Of a stretch of DNA of 64,000 bases, positions 58,099 through 64,000 are shown piece after piece. The stretch is taken from the IMG/VR virus record IMGVR_UViG_3300042863_000830, positions 3,711 through 67,710 of that record; one strand, written 5' to 3'. A program made the translations under genes and the position numbers. This DNA is from a virus. The notes under the pieces are model-generated. The model did no database searches. It was not told where the DNA came from and saw only the letters and a list, made by a program, of their open reading frames with translations. Positions within the stretch are counted from its first letter, which is position 1. Each line of letters opens with the position of its first letter.

Positions 58099-58758
58099 TT
58101 AAAATTTATATATTTTAGTTTCTTTACGGCATTTTACTTGCCAATCGTTGTTGTTTAATTCGTTAAAGCCAAAATTTAGTTTAGAGTGTGCTTTTTTAAG
58201 CACCAATCCTTCATATAGGTCTACCTCTACTATTTCATTATATAGTTTAGTAAATCCACCCGTATATGTTGGGGCTTTGTATATGTTATCTATATTGGTA
58301 AAACATATATGTTCATAGCTTTCTACTCCTTCAGGTGTAACTATCATTCTATTTGACGGGTATTCTTCTTCAAGTAGTATCAGTCTATCTGCAAGGGTTT
58401 CACCTATCAGGTACATATCTTGCCATACAAGGACATCCCATATAATAAATTTGTCTTTCTCTTTAATTCCATTTTCACCTATCTTTCCTTTGTTTAAATA
58501 TTCTCCCGCATAGACATACCATTGGTTAGTTTTAGCTAATTGGTTAAATTCAATGTTTACATCTAAATTACTTAATGGATTCTTATGCCTATTATATACA
58601 TAAACATCATCTCCATTGGTAAAAACAAGGCAACAAGTTCCATTGTACTTTGGTTGTGCTAGGTACTCCTGACCTTCAAATTTATGCAATTCGGTGTGCG
58701 GTATTTTAAATTCAGGTCTTGGTGGATATATGTAATTAAAATTCAAGTATGGTATCAT
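58099..58758 (-). CDS. ATP-dependent ligase-like nucleotidyltransferase (adenylation domain only)
   Basis: motifs I PKYNG, III AGEY, IIIa FIIWDVL, IV EGLVLK, V WQVKCR; start set at ATG 58758 next to the upstream stop. Confidence 0.75.
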   Translation of the reverse strand: MIPYLNFNYIYPPRPEFKIPHTELHKFEGQEYLAQPKYNGTCCLVFTNGDDVYVYNRHKNPLSNLDVNIEFNQLAKTNQWYVYAGEYLNKGKIGENGIKEKDKFIIWDVLVWQDMYLIGETLADRLILLEEEYPSNRMIVTPEGVESYEHICFTNIDNIYKAPTYTGGFTKLYNEIVEVDLYEGLVLKKAHSKLNFGFNELNNNDWQVKCRKETKIYKF

Positions 58759-58759
58759 A

Positions 58760-58993
58760 TTAAAAATATTTGTCAAAAATTTCATTAAAAACAGATTCTC
58801 TATTGGATGCTTGACTATTGATTTCTTCAGCAAAATCTTCCCAATTGTTATCAATCATACGGACATTCCAACTATCTGCTAATGTTTCCCACATTAGGAT
58901 AAAATCTTCCATATCAAGGTATGGCAAAGTATCATTCTTAAACATATGATACATAGTTTCTCTTAACATTCTTGTTTTAGTTACTTCAGGCAT
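58760..58993 (-). CDS. hypothetical protein
   Basis: 77-aa ORF. Confidence 0.6.
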   Translation of the reverse strand: MPEVTKTRMLRETMYHMFKNDTLPYLDMEDFILMWETLADSWNVRMIDNNWEDFAEEINSQASNRESVFNEIFDKYF

Positions 58994-58995
58994 AA

Positions 58996-59148
58996 TTAAT
59001 CATTTAATTGGTTTAACAATGTATCTGCTAATTGAATAGACAATTCAGCAAGGGTTACTTGGTCTGCTGGTTTATTTAACGTGTACTTTGATATTAATGC
59101 TTTCATTAGTTCCGTAGCAATAAATTCCCTTTTAGTTAATTCGTTCAT
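58996..59148 (-). CDS. small hypothetical protein (50 aa, MNELTKREFIA...)
   Basis: read by hand; fills the gap exactly. Confidence 0.55.
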   Translation of the reverse strand: MNELTKREFIATELMKALISKYTLNKPADQVTLAELSIQLADTLLNQLND

Positions 59149-59150
59149 TT

Positions 59151-59348
59151 TTAATCTATTTTTTGGTTAGGTAATTGACATATTCTTACTTCGGTAAATG
59201 GTATACCGTCCATATCTTCACTTGCAAGTGTATCAATGTAGAAATTAAATAGGTCGGTTTCATCCCCATTTTCATCACAAGCGGACAATACAACATAATC
59301 GTCATCATTAAATTCATAAAGCGCTTGTATTAATTCTTTAACTTTCAT
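59151..59348 (-). CDS. hypothetical protein
   Basis: MKVKELIQAL N-terminus common in small phage ORFs. Confidence 0.6.
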   Translation of the reverse strand: MKVKELIQALYEFNDDDYVVLSACDENGDETDLFNFYIDTLASEDMDGIPFTEVRICQLPNQKID

Positions 59349-59350
59349 TT

Positions 59351-59518
59351 TTAGTTATTTTTTGAGTTTATTAATAATTCATCAATTTGATTTTCTGCTT
59401 CATCTCGCAATTCCCATTCCTCACTATCAATTACTTCCCAATCGCAATGTTCTTTACAATCAGGGCATAGTTCGTGTGCTATATGGCTTCCATATCCACA
59501 ACAAGTATTTATAAGCAT
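59351..59518 (-). CDS. small Cys-rich protein (55 aa)
   Basis: read by hand; CCG...CPDCKEHC zinc-ribbon-like; fills the gap exactly. Confidence 0.55.
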   Translation of the reverse strand: MLINTCCGYGSHIAHELCPDCKEHCDWEVIDSEEWELRDEAENQIDELLINSKNN

Positions 59519-59522
59519 AACT

Positions 59523-60104
59523 TTATTTTTTAAGTGCTACAATAGGGTTAATTAATTCAAATACTGCTTCAGGACTATCATACTGCATCAGGCGGTCAAT
59601 ACTTCCTTTAGTTACTGAAAAAGTCTTTTCTCCACTAATCAGGTTACCTTTATCTTCTTCTTCAATATCAGGACAATTAAGTATCAATTCACTCAATACT
59701 GCGCCATATTTCTCAACTAGGTCGGCATTGAACTTGTAAACTACATTCTCGGATAATAACCCTTCAAATTGGCTTAAAATACCCGCTTTAGTTTCATCTA
59801 CACTAGTGTACTTATCCATTACTATAAACATACAAGTAAAACCGGCTTCATCTTGTATCTTAAAATTATCAGGTGTGCTTTTTACTTGTCTATATTCTTT
59901 CATAAACAAGTCTTTGCCTACATTTTTAATGTCGCCTTCAATCATTTTAAGCTCTCCCGTTGCGGTGTCAATAGCTTGTTTAAGTTCTGCATACCTTTTA
60001 ACCTTATCGGTTAGTAAAGGCGCTTTAATGACCTTCTTGTCGGTCTTTTTAATTGTTTCTTTTACTTTTGTTGCGGTTGCAAACAAGTTTGTTGTGTTGT
60101 TCAT
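59523..60104 (-). CDS. hypothetical protein
   Basis: 193-aa ORF with its own promoter-like region. Confidence 0.7.
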   Translation of the reverse strand: MNNTTNLFATATKVKETIKKTDKKVIKAPLLTDKVKRYAELKQAIDTATGELKMIEGDIKNVGKDLFMKEYRQVKSTPDNFKIQDEAGFTCMFIVMDKYTSVDETKAGILSQFEGLLSENVVYKFNADLVEKYGAVLSELILNCPDIEEEDKGNLISGEKTFSVTKGSIDRLMQYDSPEAVFELINPIVALKK

Positions 60105-60171
60105 TTGTTAATGTTTTAGAATTTAAAAGTATAAAACTATTTTGATACTGCAAAATAATTTAATTTAATTA

Positions 60172-60750
60172 TTATTCAAATGGGTTAATTTCATAGGCAT
60201 CTTCCGTCCATTCTTCGGCATCCATACGTTTGTACATATCTTTTTCATCATCATATTCGACTTCGTTTCCCCATTCGTCTACCATTTTTGGCTCACCTAC
60301 TTCGTGGTTTATATGCTCACCTTTGGCGGTTAATCTTCCGGCAAACCATTCACCTGTTTCCATATAATAGAGGTCAAAAATAAGGTCGGGATACATCAAA
60401 GCTACTTTTTCAACATAATCTATCGGACTGCACCAAGAGGTTGTAAAAACAATAGACATACCATTTTCATCTTCTTCTATTATTTCGCTATCGTGTGCAT
60501 CCGTTCTTGTTCCCCAATTATGATATCGCCAATCGTACCAACCACAATAGCCATATTTTTGTATCCTTTCGGCTTTTACTTCATCACTTATCCCTTCCAT
60601 TGTATTAAGTTCTTTGGGCATAGGGATACATCCGTCCATAACAAATATATCTACATCCATTCCACTTTTAATGATTGACTTTTGCTTGAACATTTCAAGT
60701 TGTTCTTTGTCCCCACTAATTTGTAGGGTGTTACTGCACCAATTTGGCAT
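60172..60750 (-). CDS. DUF1281/YubB ferredoxin-fold-like protein
   Basis: MPNWCSN.L.I.G, WYDWR..NWGT, F.T.W.SP. Confidence 0.75.
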   Translation of the reverse strand: MPNWCSNTLQISGDKEQLEMFKQKSIIKSGMDVDIFVMDGCIPMPKELNTMEGISDEVKAERIQKYGYCGWYDWRYHNWGTRTDAHDSEIIEEDENGMSIVFTTSWCSPIDYVEKVALMYPDLIFDLYYMETGEWFAGRLTAKGEHINHEVGEPKMVDEWGNEVEYDDEKDMYKRMDAEEWTEDAYEINPFE

Positions 60751-60761
60751 AAAATTTAGTT

Positions 60762-61022
60762 TTATAGTTTATTGTATAAGGTTATATAATCTACATTTTC
60801 ATCACTTAATTTTTTAAGCAAATCAATGTCGTTGTTGGTTATTCCAAAAATTTCGTTTCCAAAGTTTAATGCAATTTCTTCTTCAAGCATTTCAAGGGTA
60901 TATGATAAAGAATATACTTCTTCATCATCATTCCAAAATGTTGGATTTATATTGTTTTTAATATAAGTTTTGCAAGTTGGTGTTAAATTTGTGTGGCTTT
61001 CAAATGTTAAATTAAATCTCAT
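60762..61022 (-). CDS. hypothetical early protein
   Basis: 86-aa ORF. Confidence 0.55.
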   Translation of the reverse strand: MRFNLTFESHTNLTPTCKTYIKNNINPTFWNDDEEVYSLSYTLEMLEEEIALNFGNEIFGITNNDIDLLKKLSDENVDYITLYNKL

Positions 61023-61028
61023 AAATTT

Positions 61029-61319
61029 TTATTTTTTAGTTTTAAGATATTGTATAAATGTTTCAATGATTGCATCATATTCTTCTTCATTCAAATTTTC
61101 TTCAGTCATTAAATTATCAGGTTCATCAATCCAACATTCATATTCATCATTTTCTTGCCATAAATCGTCTATATTTCTATCTACTTCTGCATAGTACCTG
61201 CCATTCCTTTCAACTATTTCAATAGTAATATAGGCATCATAAGTTCTTTCAAGTTTAAATTCTTTCTTCATTTCGTAGCGTTGTTCATCTTGTAATAATG
61301 TTGCGTTGTAATCGTTCAT
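61029..61319 (-). CDS. acidic hypothetical early protein
   Basis: 96-aa ORF, Asp/Glu-rich. Confidence 0.55.
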   Translation of the reverse strand: MNDYNATLLQDEQRYEMKKEFKLERTYDAYITIEIVERNGRYYAEVDRNIDDLWQENDEYECWIDEPDNLMTEENLNEEEYDAIIETFIQYLKTKK

Positions 61320-61508
61320 AAAATTTAATTTAATTGTTCTAAAATGTTAGTTTCTTTTTGTGTTTCATATACCACTTTATTGTAGTAAATATCAATTACA
61401 AGGGCGTTGTAATCAATTTTTAATTGGTCGCATACTGCATACCAATCGTTTATATTCCTGAAATCATCAGGATAAATTGTAAGAAATTTTTGTTGCATAA
61501 AATTTAAT

Positions 61509-62009
61509 TTAAAAGTTTAAAAATTGTTGTGGTATGTTAGTATTAAGTAGCTTATATCCTTTAGGCTTGTACTTGTCAAGTTTTTCAACCAAAGTTTTTT
61601 TGAAAAAATCGGGGTGTTTTTCCCACATATCTCTCAATGGTAATTTAAAGGTTATTGTTTGGTATGCAATTTCACTGCCATTATCAATCCCTATTAAAAT
61701 AGCTTTCTGCATCTCTTTATTTAGTTTTTTAGCAATGGCATCCTTTTCTTTTTTGGATGCTATTTCACAAGCTAATTGGTCTAAAAAATCCCATAAGGTA
61801 GTTCCATTAGATTCACAAAATCCTTCTGCATCTCTAATTAGTTCCCTGCTTATTTCAGTTCCTTCGTGGTGGTAACTACTGCATCCACCTTTACCCGAAT
61901 TTTCGGCATATCCACATTTAATCCCATTTACCCAAATGTTACCGACAAAGCATAAAGTTTCTTCACTCAATCGGTCATAGTGTTTAAAGTTTTTTAATTC
62001 AATTTTCAT
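61509..62009 (-). CDS. phage early hypothetical protein
   Basis: SEET.CF...NG...AEN.G.GG pattern. Confidence 0.65.
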   Translation of the reverse strand: MKIELKNFKHYDRLSEETLCFVGNIWVNGIKCGYAENSGKGGCSSYHHEGTEISRELIRDAEGFCESNGTTLWDFLDQLACEIASKKEKDAIAKKLNKEMQKAILIGIDNGSEIAYQTITFKLPLRDMWEKHPDFFKKTLVEKLDKYKPKGYKLLNTNIPQQFLNF

Positions 62010-62234
62010 AAGATTTGTTTGTTTTTTTGTTTATAATTATTGTGCTAAAAATTCATATTGTTTTGCCTGTTCTAGCCTTATTTTAAGGGTTTTTAACTTG
62101 TTTTGCGTGGCATATATGTTTTTAAATTTGCCTAGCGTAATTTGGCGTTCTATTGCCCTAATTTGGTTGCGTATGTGGTCGGTCTTTTTCATTATAGCAA
62201 ATTAAAGTTAATTATATTATTTTGATTAAGCAAA

Positions 62235-62399
62235 TTAATTTTCATCAAATTTTAATATTGTTAAAAAAGTTACCGATATTATGGCTATAATTACGGCATA
62301 TATTTTGCCATTTTCAGGCATTGCCAAGCTAATTAATATCAGGCATCCGAGCATAAAGCAAAGGATATAAAAAGCTATTTTGTATAGTTTATTTTTCAT
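62235..62399 (-). CDS. small two-TM membrane protein
   Basis: two hydrophobic helices; start at ATG 62399. Confidence 0.5.
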   Translation of the reverse strand: MKNKLYKIAFYILCFMLGCLILISLAMPENGKIYAVIIAIISVTFLTILKFDEN

Positions 62400-62400
62400 A

Positions 62401-62592
62401 TTAATAATTTTGAAATAATTGAATATAATTTGCATTTACTTCGTTTTCTTCTCTATAAAAGGATGCACCATTGTCAAGACTTTCATCTAGCCATTTATCT
62501 ACTTCTTTACTGCTATTGGTGTCTTTTACTTTATATGCCATTACCATATAAACACTTTCGTGTTCAATCGTCCAAAGTGAATATTTTTTCAT
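62401..62592 (-). CDS. hypothetical early protein
   Basis: 63-aa ORF. Confidence 0.5.
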   Translation of the reverse strand: MKKYSLWTIEHESVYMVMAYKVKDTNSSKEVDKWLDESLDNGASFYREENEVNANYIQLFQNY

Positions 62593-62604
62593 TGTATTAA
62601 ATTT

Positions 62605-62895
62605 TTAAATAATATTAAAATAAATTTCGTTTATATCTCTTTCAAATTGCGTTGGCTCGTCCCAATTATTAAGTATATCCAATTGGTAACCGATATGAAT
62701 TAACTCAATTTTTAGGCTTCTACATTCATCTTTCGTGGCTTCTCTACTTTCCATTGCATAGAAAGGACTGCATCCGGCGTGTTGTTCATTACCCGAATAG
62801 CATCTCTTTGAGGTGTTGTTCCAATTTAATTCTGGAAAATAGGCATATAGGTCGCTATTTCCTTCGTGGTACAAAAATTTTACTTTTACTTGCAT
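62605..62895 (-). CDS. phage early hypothetical protein
   Basis: AYFP...QH..C....REAT..E...L..EL...GY pattern; start at ATG 62895. Confidence 0.6.
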   Translation of the reverse strand: MQVKVKFLYHEGNSDLYAYFPELNWNNTSKRCYSGNEQHAGCSPFYAMESREATKDECRSLKIELIHIGYQLDILNNWDEPTQFERDINEIYFNII

Positions 62896-62957
62896 TTGAT
62901 TAGATTTAAATTTAAAAAATGGGCGGTTATACGTTACCGCCAAACGTCCTTTGGGGT

Positions 62958-63533
62958 TTATATTTTATTAATGATTTGGTACTTGTTTAGTAGCTTATAA
63001 ATATCGTATTTGCTTATATCTACATTTAAAACGCTTTTAAATTCTTCTGCTAATTTATTTGCTTGAATTTGTTGCGGTTTAGGTTCAAAATCTACGGCAT
63101 AGCTTTCTACTAAATCTCGCTTTTGTAGGTCTGTCAATCTTGTGCGGTATTGCTCTTGTTCATTAATGTAACCTTCTTCAATTTGACAAAGTACATTTAT
63201 TTGAAATTTGTGTCTTATTCTATATTCGTTTTCCATATCAATGGTTTCGCTTTCCACGAATTTAAATTCCACGATATCGGCGTGAATATATATATTACCC
63301 GAAAAATAGTAAACTTGCTTTGTATTTAAGTCTATTTTTCTTTTGTTCAAAATAGGGGTTTCAAAATCAATTAATGGCACTCGGTTATTTGATACGTTTA
63401 ACGTAAACCAATTAACCCTAGCAAGTTCATTGCCGTCCTTAAAAAATACTAAACGGCTAATTTGTTTCCCTTCAAAAAAATAAGGGTTAAAGTAACTTGA
63501 GTTTCTTGCGATTGTTGTAGTTGTGTTTTTCAT
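62958..63533 (-). CDS. hypothetical early protein
   Basis: start at ATG 63533 with A-rich leader. Confidence 0.6.
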   Translation of the reverse strand: MKNTTTTIARNSSYFNPYFFEGKQISRLVFFKDGNELARVNWFTLNVSNNRVPLIDFETPILNKRKIDLNTKQVYYFSGNIYIHADIVEFKFVESETIDMENEYRIRHKFQINVLCQIEEGYINEQEQYRTRLTDLQKRDLVESYAVDFEPKPQQIQANKLAEEFKSVLNVDISKYDIYKLLNKYQIINKI

Positions 63534-63569
63534 TGTTGTTTTATTTTGTTTAAGCAAATTGAGGTTTTT

Positions 63570-63599
63570 AAAAGTGGGGCTATATTTCAAGCCCCTTTT
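63570..63599 (-). terminator. hairpin/terminator
   Basis: GGGGCT-N8-AGCCCC flanked by A and T runs. Confidence 0.5.
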
Positions 63600-63600
63600 A

Positions 63601-63810
63601 TTAATATGATTGTTTAATATATTTAATAGCTTCCTTTAAATGGTTCATTCGGTTTGTCAATTCTTGTATCAATTGTTTTTTTGCTTTTACTTTGGTCGGA
63701 AAATAATTGTAGTTGTCAAATTTTATTGTCTCTCCTAGCAAGTTAATTGGGCTTATTTCTTCAATACTTGAGTACATTCCGTCATAATTGATTTTAAAAA
63801 TGTTTTTCAT
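63601..63810 (-). CDS. hypothetical early protein
   Basis: 69-aa ORF, first after the right-end promoter. Confidence 0.55.
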   Translation of the reverse strand: MKNIFKINYDGMYSSIEEISPINLLGETIKFDNYNYFPTKVKAKKQLIQELTNRMNHLKEAIKYIKQSY

Positions 63811-63922
63811 GTCTTTTTAATATTTTGATTAATTAATATAACACAAAGATAAGACGTAATTTTGATACCGCAAAATAATAAGCTACCATTCATCAAGTTA
63901 TATTACCGCTTATCACATTCTA

Positions 63923-64000
63923 ACCAATACCAACACATCCCCCTAACCACATACATACAACTGCCTGACCTGACCACATTGCAACCACTAAACCACCCTA
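63923..64000 (-). repeat. inverted repeat, right copy (at least 78 bp, runs off the window)
   Basis: exact reverse complement of 314-391. Confidence 0.95.

Larger units (their letters stand above)
60139..63879 (-). promoter_or_regulatory. four copies of an ATTTTG-N6-CAAA(A/T)T palindrome upstream of early genes
   Basis: copies start at 60139, 62219, 63543 and 63859; the last overlaps a TTTG-N19-TATCTTTG promoter on minus (63844-63874). Confidence 0.6.

Noticed and set aside
1-64000. Stop-codon reassignment, tRNA genes or integrated prophage boundaries
   Set aside because: Genes are full length in the standard code with all three stops in use; no cloverleaf, integrase, att site or host genes recognised

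Overview
An apparently near-complete ~64 kb AT-rich tailed-phage genome. Recurrent TAnnTTTG -7 / TTTG -33 promoter elements and a DUF4373-type initiator point to a Bacteroidota host. Left to right: a G/T-skewed non-coding end; HTH, metallophosphoesterase, HExxH and NinG genes; a lambdoid-style replication module (initiator with internal iterons, primase-helicase, SSB) and two GroES-like genes; a podovirus-like morphogenesis block (three ring/adaptor proteins, tail stabilisation protein, three probable ejection proteins, terminase, portal, scaffold, capsid); four S74-chaperone tail fibres with two homing endonucleases; a lysis module; and a leftward early region of small ORFs. I recognise no DNA polymerase, RNA polymerase, integrase, tRNA or CRISPR array. 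Main observations: (1) a candidate virion glycosylation system, made of an 8-gene glycan operon between terminase and portal plus a GT4 / GT-A-like / Aah-TibC-like O-heptosyltransferase fusion beside Gly-(Ser/Thr)-Ser repeat fibres; (2) a 59-codon gene overprinted in the +1 frame of the 2543-aa ejection protein, which also carries kinase-like and zincin domains; (3) short identical nucleotide junctions shared by three divergent fibre genes, suggesting module shuffling; (4) a perfect inverted repeat of at least 78 bp linking the two window ends. All product calls rest on motifs recognised by eye and on gene order; no database search was run.
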